In this document: piece by piece, positions 27,628 to 35,211 of the stretch
How positions within the stretch are numbered: position 1 is the first letter of the stretch
Layout: the number at the start of each line of letters is the position of its first letter
DNA from: a virus
Taxonomy: Duplodnaviria > Caudoviricetes
IMG/VR virus record: IMGVR_UViG_3300037310_000508
Location: 1-35,211 of that record
Strand: one strand, 5' to 3'
Length of the DNA: 35,211 nucleotides
Notes under the pieces: generated by a model
The model's database searches: none
Told to the model about the DNA's origin: nothing
Seen by the model: only the letters and a program-made list of their open reading frames with translations
Translations under genes and position numbers: made by a program

Positions 27628-27927
27628 TTAACTGTCGGCGCGGATGAACGGTAAGCGGTGCTGCTCATCCACGAGCGGCGGCGCGTTGTAAGTGGCTTTA
27701 GTCAAATACTCGCCAACTTCATCCGATGCGCCGGGCGGTTTCAGCAAAATGGTTGTGCCGGATAACAGGGCGTCTTTGACGCAGACTTTCGCCGCGACGG
27801 GCGGACTGTGGTTGATGGCGGCAATGGACTTGCCGGCGTCGGCGGATGGCGCGGCTGTAACCAGCAACGACGCCACCAACGCGCTTAACAAACCCAACAG
27901 CGCAAGTAGTGATGTGAATTTTCGCAT
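27628..27927 (-). CDS. Hypothetical exported protein
   Basis: MRKFTSLLALLGLLSALVASLLVTAA signal-like N-terminus; AAGGA SD. Confidence 0.55.
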   Translation of the reverse strand: MRKFTSLLALLGLLSALVASLLVTAAPSADAGKSIAAINHSPPVAAKVCVKDALLSGTTILLKPPGASDEVGEYLTKATYNAPPLVDEQHRLPFIRADS

Positions 27928-28044
27928 AGGACTTTTCCTTCGGACATTGGGGTTTGAGTCGGGAAAGACGCGGCCCCTCACTTGGAGGGGTAAGCGGGCC
28001 GCGTCTCTGGCTTGCGGGCGTGTACCCAGCGTTTCCCGACGCTG

Positions 28045-28392
28045 TTAGCCAACCATTTCAGGCGGCGCAACTTCTTCATCAGGCGGGCCGTTGGGCGTCT
28101 CGAAAATCGCGCTCACGTCGGCGGTAGCCTGGCGAATGGCGGCAATTTCCTCGCTTAAATCCGGCACACCCTCAAGGGCAGCGAGTTTAGCTTCCAGGTC
28201 GGCGACTTTGGCTTCGAGAGTGGCGACACGCGCATGGCCCTCAGCCTTTTCCGCCGCGATGGACGCCTGCAACTCGCCGATAGAGTTGTTGAGTTCAATA
28301 ACTTGTTCGGACATATTTTTTATCGCTCCTATCAGTCTGTGGATTTGGTACAAAAAGATGAAGAAGCCGATGAGCGCTAACCAATACTTCAT
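28045..28392 (-). CDS. i-spanin-like protein (TM + coiled coil)
   Basis: N-terminal TM, coiled coil, ATGA-coupled to the endolysin. Confidence 0.5.
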   Translation of the reverse strand: MKYWLALIGFFIFLYQIHRLIGAIKNMSEQVIELNNSIGELQASIAAEKAEGHARVATLEAKVADLEAKLAALEGVPDLSEEIAAIRQATADVSAIFETPNGPPDEEVAPPEMVG

Positions 28393-28943
28393 AAGAGCCT
28401 CGCAATCTCGAAGTGCATACCGTCAAGCCGATTGGCGAAGTGGCCGCCCCAATAGAAGCCATGCTCATTGGCGAGAGGGACGAGTTCACGCACCGAACCG
28501 GCGCGGCCTGAAAGCGGTGGCGTTTTGCCAAGACCGTTCCACGCGGCGTTGATGTCGAACGCCGAGCCGAAAGCATGGTTCGACAACACCGAACGGCTGC
28601 CACGAATGAAACGTGGTACATACGAACCCGCATAAGTGTTGATGAGCCGCAGCAGGTTCGCCTTTTCCCACGCCGCCCACAATGCGCGAAGCTGCTCGAC
28701 GCCCAGGCGGTGGAAACGAATCACGCCGTCGCGGTGGAGACCTTCAATCCCACGCAACTGCGGAATCTCGACCTTGACGATATTCTTGGCTTCCCAATCG
28801 CCCAGAATGCGAATCGCTTCCGGGTTGCCCGGCTGCGGAGCGGCGACAAAACGAAATGAACCGAAGACGGTTTGCCGGGCCGCTGTGTTCATCAATGGCC
28901 CGAAAGCGGGACGAGGCGGAAAGTTGGGGTCATTTGGCGACAT
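28389..28943 (-). CDS. Endolysin, M15 family Zn peptidase
   Basis: R....LSNHAFGSAFDIN...WGG.F...DGMHFE; GGAG SD. Confidence 0.92.
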   Translation of the reverse strand: MSPNDPNFPPRPAFGPLMNTAARQTVFGSFRFVAAPQPGNPEAIRILGDWEAKNIVKVEIPQLRGIEGLHRDGVIRFHRLGVEQLRALWAAWEKANLLRLINTYAGSYVPRFIRGSRSVLSNHAFGSAFDINAAWNGLGKTPPLSGRAGSVRELVPLANEHGFYWGGHFANRLDGMHFEIARLL

Positions 28944-28958
28944 GGCGTTTCTCCGGGT

Positions 28959-29001
28959 AAAAGCAAAAAGCCCGCCGACCTGTTACCAGGTCAACGGGCT
29001 T
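28959..29001 (-). terminator. Intrinsic terminator overlapping box B (copy 1)
   Basis: AAGCCCGTTGACCTG-GTAA-CAGGTCGGCGGGCTT followed by TTTGCTTTT; GNRA loop. Confidence 0.85.
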
Positions 29002-29091
29002 CTCACGAGCCTCTCAAAATTCGTATTCAGTTAGGGCCTCTCACGGGCCTCCGTAGATTGCTAAATTAACGCATTACTGGAATCTAGGCAA
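28996..29091 (-). promoter_or_regulatory. Sigma70-like promoter plus twin 18-nt boxes (copy 1)
   Basis: TTGCCT(29091-29086)-N17-TAATTT(29068-29063). Box A at 29051-29034 and box B at 29013-28996 are identical to copy 2. Confidence 0.7.
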
Positions 29092-29148
29092 GCAGTTAGA
29101 TTGAAAGCGCGTCAGGTTCATAATAAAACATCACGCGCCGTGGGGTAG

Positions 29149-29373
29149 CTAGACGAGGGGGTTGGCCGGCAGGTTCGGTCTTTCTGCGCTCTTTTCAAGA
29201 TTATTTTTAACTTCCGGGTCACGGGCCAGGGCGTGACCGAGCGCGGCGTCGGACTCGGTTAATTCGTCCGCCGAGAGTTGGAGTAGCGAGGCGTATAGCC
29301 GTTGTTTGTCGAGCAACAACAGATGCCGGCGCAGGGCCGGAGATTGATACTCTTTGATGAGCGTGCGGGTCAT
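29149..29373 (-). CDS. Hypothetical protein
   Basis: ATGA-coupled to PolX; last early gene. Confidence 0.6.
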   Translation of the reverse strand: MTRTLIKEYQSPALRRHLLLLDKQRLYASLLQLSADELTESDAALGHALARDPEVKNNLEKSAERPNLPANPLV

Positions 29374-30134
29374 AATGATTTCAAACTGCTGCTGTCAAGA
29401 CGCAGTTCCGGCGCGACGAACGCCAGATTAAGAATGCGGAAAACGCCCTCTTCTTCGGGCGTGGCGATGGCTTGTTCGCCGCGATGGAGACGCCCTTTTT
29501 CGCTGTGGTAGCCGAGTTGCTTGGCGTGGGTCAGCAACGCCGTGCTGAAATCCGCCGAACCTGTGCGGATGGCGAATATCCAGCCCCAATTATCCGGTTC
29601 GCAAAGAAAGAGGTCGAGTTTAATTTCCCGGCGCACCAGGCCGCGCCAGTATTTCTTGTCGGGTAGAATGCGCCAGTTGACGAGTTCCTGCGTCGCGGGC
29701 TTTATCCACTGGACGCCCAAGTCATCAAAGACGTGACGGCCTTCATAAAGCCTATTGACGCGAGTGTTGCCCGCGCCGACGCCAAACAAATCAGGCACAG
29801 CCTCCCAAGTCGGAATGGCGCAGATTTCGATGTCCTTCACCGTTGGCTTGCGCCGGCGCACGGAACCGGCAACGGACACGCGCTCACAAAACGGCGCAAT
29901 AGTCTGCGTGATTTCGTAGGCGATTTCTTCCGCGTCAGCTAAAATCATTTTTTTCGCTTGGCTTGCCTTCCGCATACATTCCATGCTGCAAAGGGTAATA
30001 GCCAGGCCGTCGCCGCGCCGCACTACAACGCCTTCAAGTTCCAGGTTTACGCCGCCGCTTTCCGCGCTGGCGAGAATCCCATGTTGGCTAGTATCAAACT
30101 CAGCAGCGCAGTAATCACAAATTTGCTTTCTCAT
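29370..30134 (-). CDS. Minimal family-X DNA polymerase with N-terminal Cys4 domain
   Basis: AGSVRRRKPTVKDIEI, KLDLF, TGSADF, EEGVFRILNL.FV.PELR (palm + thumb); CDYC...CSMEC. Confidence 0.88.
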   Translation of the reverse strand: MRKQICDYCAAEFDTSQHGILASAESGGVNLELEGVVVRRGDGLAITLCSMECMRKASQAKKMILADAEEIAYEITQTIAPFCERVSVAGSVRRRKPTVKDIEICAIPTWEAVPDLFGVGAGNTRVNRLYEGRHVFDDLGVQWIKPATQELVNWRILPDKKYWRGLVRREIKLDLFLCEPDNWGWIFAIRTGSADFSTALLTHAKQLGYHSEKGRLHRGEQAIATPEEEGVFRILNLAFVAPELRLDSSSLKSL

Positions 30135-30418
30135 TTCTTTTTCCTCACGGCGTAGCGGCTGGTCACCACTCTGAAACCGTCTTCAAACTCCACCCAGACG
30201 CTGTTCAATTTGCCTCGCGCCACAACACGGCACAATTGGCCTTTGCGTTCCGGCAGACGCGATTTCCAATACCAAACATGGTCAAACACAGGCGCGGCGA
30301 ACTGCGCGGCGACTAACTCCATCATCCGGCGTAAAGCGTCCAGCGTAGCGGGCTTGCAGTCTTTGGCGATATGCAGGGAATAGGGCAAGCCGTTTGATGT
30401 TTGGGCGTGGATTCTCAT
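30131..30418 (-). CDS. Hypothetical protein
   Basis: ATGA overlaps on both sides; basic beta-rich C-terminus. Confidence 0.65.
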   Translation of the reverse strand: MRIHAQTSNGLPYSLHIAKDCKPATLDALRRMMELVAAQFAAPVFDHVWYWKSRLPERKGQLCRVVARGKLNSVWVEFEDGFRVVTSRYAVRKKK

Positions 30419-30642
30419 GCTGCTTGCAGCGTTTGGCCTATTAAAATGAGGTACGCAAGTACTGCGTTCCGCCGTTGGTCAGCGGGAATTGCCTGGAATA
30501 CATCCAATGGAAGTTCGCTATCATCGGCTTGCAAATCAGCGTGAAGCTGCATCAATTTTGCCGCAACTTGTAATTTGTCAATATCCTTGTGCGAACCTTC
30601 CAGCATACGCATAAGTGCTTCTAACTGCTCTTTGATGTTCAT
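30415..30642 (-). CDS. Hypothetical protein
   Basis: GGAG SD before ATG 30642; coupled overlaps. Confidence 0.6.
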   Translation of the reverse strand: MNIKEQLEALMRMLEGSHKDIDKLQVAAKLMQLHADLQADDSELPLDVFQAIPADQRRNAVLAYLILIGQTLQAA

Positions 30643-30986
30643 ATTGTTTTCTCCAATTTCTTCACACAATTCGGGCAAAAGTCTCTATCGCGTCCGACGT
30701 GGCGGGCGCAGACAGAGCAGCTTCGGGCGTCGCAGGTTTTGCCGCCGGGCGCGGGGTAATCGCAGAGCTTCGTGGCCGAGCGTTCGCCGCAGAAGGGGCA
30801 ACGCGGCAAATTGGCCGAGCGACTACCGAGTTTGACGTGGATAACCGTGTCGCCCCAAGCGGCGCATTTTACCCAGTGGCAACCCTTCCGTTGCTCATCC
30901 CAACGCTGCTGCGCCTCCGGCCCGCCGAGTACTTGTATTTCGCGTTCCGGTTCGTCTGGTTCAAATAATGATGGTTGGCGGGGCAT
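30639..30986 (-). CDS. Cys-rich zinc-binding protein
   Basis: CPFC, CDY, CD..SC..C, CPNC motifs. Confidence 0.7.
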   Translation of the reverse strand: MPRQPSLFEPDEPEREIQVLGGPEAQQRWDEQRKGCHWVKCAAWGDTVIHVKLGSRSANLPRCPFCGERSATKLCDYPAPGGKTCDARSCSVCARHVGRDRDFCPNCVKKLEKTI

Positions 30987-30988
30987 GG

Positions 30989-31636
30989 CTAGGCGGCCTT
31001 CAACTTTCTTGAAGAGTACTCCTGATACGTCACACTCGGCATATAAGGAACCTTATTGGTAGTCATACTTTGGTAACTGAGATATGGCACAGAAAGGTCT
31101 TTTGGGCTCTTTATCATGTAAACTTCAACTGCCAACGCCCCTCGACAACCAAAAACACAACTCGCACCAGCGTACTGATTTACGGGATTTCCGTTAAAAT
31201 CTCGACCACAAGTTCCGCAGTGCCACACCTGTCGGAGACAAACTTCATAATCAACGCCTTCCTGCAACTTATAAGGGGCCGGAATTGGCAAAGGATTCAC
31301 GTCCACCAACTCATCAAATAGCGCAAAAAGCGTTCCTGCGAACTCAGGGGCAGGCAAAACAGGTTCAACAAAGATTTCATCATTCATGGACGTAAACCAA
31401 CGATTTCCAACAACCCTGATGTCGCTAATGTAAGAATCCGTCCTGTACATACCATCTCTCAAGTCTTCCAAAACAAGCGATATGTGCGGAGTGTCAAAGA
31501 TAAGCAGGGGCGTCCATTCGCCTCCGCTCCAATAGCACGGCCCTATAATTTGCGTCACACGGTAAGGCCCAGTCTTGTAGCTTGTGGTAACAATATCGCC
31601 CACAGTGATTCCTAAAGCTGAGTCCCTAAACTTCAT
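30989..31636 (-). CDS. Hypothetical protein (lower GC)
   Basis: 215-aa ORF, ATGA-coupled; contains HCGTC...C..GC. Confidence 0.65.
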   Translation of the reverse strand: MKFRDSALGITVGDIVTTSYKTGPYRVTQIIGPCYWSGGEWTPLLIFDTPHISLVLEDLRDGMYRTDSYISDIRVVGNRWFTSMNDEIFVEPVLPAPEFAGTLFALFDELVDVNPLPIPAPYKLQEGVDYEVCLRQVWHCGTCGRDFNGNPVNQYAGASCVFGCRGALAVEVYMIKSPKDLSVPYLSYQSMTTNKVPYMPSVTYQEYSSRKLKAA

Positions 31637-32229
31637 GCATACACCACACCGCCAGGTTTGCGGACGCTAATCCACTGGCTGTTGACGGGCGATTTCAGAC
31701 GCCCGGCGCGAATCACACGGTCAAGCAGCCGTTTGGTTAAATGCACGTCCGCGAGGCAGTAATCAACTACCGAGCCGACGGCCCCGCGCTGCCACTGGAT
31801 GGGGGCCGTCGCGCCGTCGCCGGTTTTCTCCAGCGAGAAATTGGCGCGGGCCATCGCCGAGAGGCCGTAGCCGGCGTGCGTCTCGTGGCGGTAGTCGCCG
31901 GTGACGCCGGCCCCGTGCCAGATTTCATCCAACAAGTCGTAGGATTTGCGTTCGGGCAACTCAATGCCCTGCGCCCGTAGAACCCAATCGTCAAAGCGGT
32001 AATTGTTGAAGCCGACAACCATTTCGTGCCGTTCCAGCAAAGCCCCAAACTCGCGCAGGTTGTCGCGGCAAAACACACGCGGCCGCTCGGCGATGTAGTC
32101 GTAAACCCCGATAACCGCGATGCCCATGCCGCCGTAGTCGTTCCAACCCTGGCAGTATCTAACGCCGGACTCGCGCCGTCCGTCTCGTTGGGGAATCGCG
32201 TTGCAGATTTCGATGTCGTAAATCAGCAT
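31633..32229 (-). CDS. DEDDy 3'-5' exonuclease (RNase H-like)
   Basis: Exo I YDIEI, Exo II GFNNYRFD, YDLL, Exo III YCLADV. Confidence 0.9.
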   Translation of the reverse strand: MLIYDIEICNAIPQRDGRRESGVRYCQGWNDYGGMGIAVIGVYDYIAERPRVFCRDNLREFGALLERHEMVVGFNNYRFDDWVLRAQGIELPERKSYDLLDEIWHGAGVTGDYRHETHAGYGLSAMARANFSLEKTGDGATAPIQWQRGAVGSVVDYCLADVHLTKRLLDRVIRAGRLKSPVNSQWISVRKPGGVVYA

Positions 32230-32498
32230 ACGCCTTCAAGCTCCACTAGGCCGGCAACCATGTTCGTCGCATTCACCAATTTTTCGCGCCGCGTCAAAGT
32301 GACGGGGTAGCCCTTCTGAAAACGCTCTCTGAGCAACAAGGGCATACTCCCGTCGGCAAAGGCTTGCACCAAATCTTCTTCGGCCTGAAGCGCTTGCTCA
32401 AGGAGCGCGGGCGAACCCATGATTTCAACTTCAACAGCGAATTCTTCCTCGTCGCTGAGTTCGCCGCAGAAATAGGCGATGATAGTTTTCGCGTCCAT
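32223..32498 (-). CDS. Stand-alone anti-sigma-like domain protein
   Basis: Y..GELS.EE...E.......EEDLV.AF.DG.M....RERF...Y.....RREKL duplicated helix motif. Confidence 0.55.
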   Translation of the reverse strand: MDAKTIIAYFCGELSDEEEFAVEVEIMGSPALLEQALQAEEDLVQAFADGSMPLLLRERFQKGYPVTLTRREKLVNATNMVAGLVELEGVC

Positions 32499-32504
32499 AA
32501 GTCG

Positions 32505-32753
32505 TTAATTAAACTTTGATTGCAGTGCGCGGGCCAGGCAACGCGCTTGGGCTTCCACATTGGCCGGACGGCAACTAACGCCATCCCACTCGAAGTAACC
32601 GTTGAGCGTTACCTCCTTGCCGGATTGCCGCGTCACAGTAAATTCGCAACTAAGTCCATTGACATCGAAACGCTTGCCGCGAAGTTTTTCGGTCAACATT
32701 TCCCCCGCTTCGCGCAAGGCCCGCGCTATAACTTCCGTATCAAGTTTCATCAT
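32505..32753 (-). CDS. Hypothetical protein
   Basis: ATGA-coupled start with GGAGG SD. Confidence 0.6.
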   Translation of the reverse strand: MMKLDTEVIARALREAGEMLTEKLRGKRFDVNGLSCEFTVTRQSGKEVTLNGYFEWDGVSCRPANVEAQARCLARALQSKFN

Positions 32754-32977
32754 TGCCAGCCTCCCAACGCCAGCCACGCGGCTATGCAAACTATCGCCAA
32801 CGCCAACAGCCAAAACGCCCCGAACCAAAATCTGCCGCGACGTTCCGCCGTCGCCAGCCGTTTGCGCAGATAAGTGAAGGAATCTGTCACCACAACCGTC
32901 TTAGCGCAGTGACAGACAGGAGTTTGCGTGTCGTAAATCACTTCCGGCCAATAATCGCTGTCGTCCGTTCGCATCAT
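32750..32977 (-). CDS. Small membrane protein
   Basis: AGGAGG SD; C-terminal transmembrane helix. Confidence 0.6.
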   Translation of the reverse strand: MMRTDDSDYWPEVIYDTQTPVCHCAKTVVVTDSFTYLRKRLATAERRGRFWFGAFWLLALAIVCIAAWLALGGWQ

Positions 32978-33582
32978 GCCGCCTCCTTTTTGGCGCGCCA
33001 TTGGTCAATGCCGAGTCGTTTCTTAACCACAGGCACATAATCTTTCATTTGCGCGCGGTTTACTTTCCCCCAGCCCGCCGCTTTCAAATCACGCGACGCG
33101 ATAATGTTGAGCAGTATGGCGATAAGCGAATTGGCCTCTTTTTGGCGCAACAGCGTAGCCGTGCCGTGTTTATATCTGGCCTCCAAAAATTTCCGTTGGC
33201 CTGCCGGCGACCAGCCTAAATCGTTGAATAGCACCTGAAGCGTATGCACCTGTGGTTCGCTGGCGAGGTGAATAATTCGGGCTTGCTCTTTCTTACCCTC
33301 GGCGATGGGCGAACGGTAGAGCAAATCTGTGCCTGGCAACTCGGGGTGGCTCTGCGCCTTGCGAAGGGCGTCCAACGCCAGGCCGAGTTGCTTGTCGGTC
33401 AAATCTTTGGTGGACTCCAGCGGACGGCGCAGATTGAGTTTGCGGGTCAGCCAATCCAGCCGGGCGTCACGCGATTCATCCGCGTCGCCGCGATAAAACT
33501 TTTTCCATTCAATGTTGAGCGCGGCGTTCATCTTCCGCCGCGTCGCCGGCGTCGCTGTCGGCTGTTTCTGCGCTGTTCCCAT
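32974..33582 (-). CDS. GemA / Mu gp16-like protein (DUF1018)
   Basis: R.DWL......ESTKDLTDKQL...LDAL and Q......L...LGW.......FL......L...EA..LI motifs; GGAGG SD. Confidence 0.7.
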   Translation of the reverse strand: MGTAQKQPTATPATRRKMNAALNIEWKKFYRGDADESRDARLDWLTRKLNLRRPLESTKDLTDKQLGLALDALRKAQSHPELPGTDLLYRSPIAEGKKEQARIIHLASEPQVHTLQVLFNDLGWSPAGQRKFLEARYKHGTATLLRQKEANSLIAILLNIIASRDLKAAGWGKVNRAQMKDYVPVVKKRLGIDQWRAKKEAA

Positions 33583-34003
33583 TTCGCGTTACCTCCAAAT
33601 CCACGAAAGCTAACTGCCCGGCAAGCGCCGGATAGTTGTGTTTGACAATCTGCGAGAGCGTGTAAAGTTCATCCAGCGCGACGCCGCGAAAGTACGCGAT
33701 GAAGCGGTTCATTTCGTCCAGGCTGTTGCACCACCAATAGCCCGCCGGCGCACTGCGTGATGACAGAATCGGCAATTTGTGGTTGCGCCGCAGACGGCGG
33801 ATAACGGCCTTCACCGTGCGCGGATTGAGCGGTTTGCCCAATTCCCCTACGGCCCGCCGGCGGATGTCGGCCAGGCCGATGGGAGCGTCCGCCGTGCCTC
33901 CGAGCAGTAAATGAGCAATGAAAAACTCCACGCGGTTCAACTCCCGCCCGCCGAGCGGGTCAAGTATTTCCAACTCAAATATCCTGAACTTTGGTTGCTC
34001 CAT
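33509..34003 (-). CDS. Winged-helix DNA-binding protein (start probably MEQPK)
   Basis: RTVKAVIRRLRRNHKLPILSS....GYW pattern. Confidence 0.7.
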   Translation of the reverse strand: MEQPKFRIFELEILDPLGGRELNRVEFFIAHLLLGGTADAPIGLADIRRRAVGELGKPLNPRTVKAVIRRLRRNHKLPILSSRSAPAGYWWCNSLDEMNRFIAYFRGVALDELYTLSQIVKHNYPALAGQLAFVDLEVTRNGNSAETADSDAGDAAEDERRAQH

Positions 34004-34070
34004 AAGACTTGCCTCGTCAGGCGCAGGGTCGTCATCCTCTGCGCGACGCGGGGCCTCCCCCGCGTTTCGG

Positions 34071-34193
34071 CTATTCTTCCCGCAGCCGGTCAATGGCTTG
34101 GTTACACTCGTCTTCGGAATAGCCTTGAGCAGATGCCAGCGCAACAAATGCTTCATATTGGGCTTCCAAAAACTCTGCGATTACGTTGTCCAT
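34071..34193 (-). CDS. Small acidic protein (40 aa, not in ORF track)
   Basis: AAGGA SD 6 nt before ATG; MDNVIAEFLEAQYEAFVALASAQGYSEDECNQAIDRLREE. Confidence 0.55.
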   Translation of the reverse strand: MDNVIAEFLEAQYEAFVALASAQGYSEDECNQAIDRLREE

Positions 34194-34263
34194 ATACATT
34201 CCTTTCTTTCTGAATTTCGGCTTTGTTAATTTCTGTCAACGATGGCTTCCAGTTCAACACCCA

Positions 34264-34923
34264 TCAGGCCGCCACCTCCATTTCCGCAAACTCCTCCGGC
34301 GCGGCTTCGATTTGAGGTTGGTGGGTCAGCATGAATTGAATGAACGAAGCGCGTTGCGAGGCGTCCAGCTTGGCTGCTGTGTTGACTCCGAATGTGCGTT
34401 GCAAGGCGGCGCGATAATGAGTGTAGTCTTCGCCCAGACCAGCTTCGGTGATGTATCCGCATTCACGGGCCACCAGCTTGATGCGGCCTAAATCCTTGCG
34501 CCGTTGTTCAATTTCGCCCACTACGGCGCGCTCGTTGCCCGCTACCACATTGCCGGCTTTGAGCGGGTTAAATCCTGCCGCCGTCAATGCCGCGCTCACC
34601 GCCCGGCCAGAGGCGATGATGTGTTCGTCCATACCGGGCTTCTCGCCCAGGGTGGCGATGCCGGAACGGGCGAAATCGCGCCCCTGAGCGTCAATTACTA
34701 CCGCCCGGTGAACCACCTGGTTAAGCGGCGCGATGTAGCTCACATAGTCTTCATTAACCGAACGCAAATCGGGCGATTGCCGGGCCAGCGCAATCAGGGC
34801 GTTGGCCGTAAGCCAGGGTTCTTCGGGTTTCTCTGGGTTGAGAAAGTAGATGTCGTCCTTACTGACGCCAAATTTGGCGATGAGTTTTTTAATGATTTCT
34901 TTTTGTTTTGTTATCAGTTCCAT
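34264..34923 (-). CDS. Candidate ssDNA-annealing protein (Rad52/Sak/ERF-like fold)
   Basis: Beta hairpin followed by ASGRAVSAAL...G helix; AAGGA SD before MELITK. Confidence 0.45.
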   Translation of the reverse strand: MELITKQKEIIKKLIAKFGVSKDDIYFLNPEKPEEPWLTANALIALARQSPDLRSVNEDYVSYIAPLNQVVHRAVVIDAQGRDFARSGIATLGEKPGMDEHIIASGRAVSAALTAAGFNPLKAGNVVAGNERAVVGEIEQRRKDLGRIKLVARECGYITEAGLGEDYTHYRAALQRTFGVNTAAKLDASQRASFIQFMLTHQPQIEAAPEEFAEMEVAA

Positions 34924-34945
34924 GAGTTCGTGTTCCTTTCCTGAG

Positions 34946-35211
34946 TTATCCGACCATGAGCCGCCGTCCGGCGGTCTCGATGAGTTCTTCGAGTTGAATT
35001 GAGCCTTCATTGAGACCCTTTTGGTTGCGGTTTGCGAGTTCTTTGGCGCGTGGCAGGAGCATGTCAACGTGGCGGAAATTGCCGCCTGTAACGCTGAGAA
35101 TCTTTGCTACCGCCGCGTCCGTCGCTTGGTCGCCGAGCGCGCGCCGGACGATTGCCTTGAGTTCGCCGGCGGAGAGTTCCACCAGCGGATAGTGCATCGC
35201 CACGCGGCTGG
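34946..35211 (-). CDS. C-terminus of MuB-like AAA+ transposition ATPase (5' truncated by window)
   Basis: SRV followed by lid motif TGGNFR....LL; position at the head of the early operon. Confidence 0.7.
   Translation of the reverse strand, partial: SRVAMHYPLVELSAGELKAIVRRALGDQATDAAVAKILSVTGGNFRHVDMLLPRAKELANRNQKGLNEGSIQLEELIETAGRRLMVG

Larger units (their letters stand above)
97..35211 (-). mobile_element. Mu-like transposable prophage (partial; transposase end outside window)
   Basis: Mu-type gene order (MuB-like, GemA-like, lysis, gp26/27-like, TerL, DUF935 portal, MuF, Com, I protease, gp36, gpG, gp37, contractile tail). Terminal TG at 97 followed by tandem repeats. Confidence 0.92.

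Noticed and set aside
27534-27668. Long N-terminal extension of the holin ORF
   Set aside because: A better SD and ATG exist at 27533, and the extension spans a hairpin-containing intergenic region.
945-35192. Numerous plus-strand and nested alternative-frame ORFs
   Set aside because: They shadow well-supported, tightly coupled minus-strand genes in GC-rich DNA and show no motifs.

Overview
Almost the whole window (about 97 to 35211, all genes on the minus strand) is the late-end portion of a Mu-like transposable prophage. One end is visible at about 97 as a terminal TG followed by three tandem 15-bp repeats; the other end and the transposase lie beyond 35211. In transcription order (right to left) it carries: the end of a MuB-like ATPase; semi-essential early genes (Rad52/Sak-like annealase candidate, wHTH, GemA-like, anti-sigma-like domain, DEDDy exonuclease, minimal PolX); lysis genes (M15 endolysin, spanin- and holin-like); terminases; a DUF935 portal; MuF with a JAB-like C-terminus; a Com-like zinc finger; protease/scaffold, decoration, capsid and neck genes; and a contractile tail with two fibre proteins. 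The two most striking observations are: (1) two copies of a promoter / twin RNA box / overlapping terminator cassette, upstream of the lysis operon and the head-tail operon, resembling an antitermination switch for the Com-like zinc finger; (2) an A9 slippery run where a -1 shift would fuse the portal to MuF-JAB (about 966 aa). All protein assignments come from motif recognition and synteny, not database searches.
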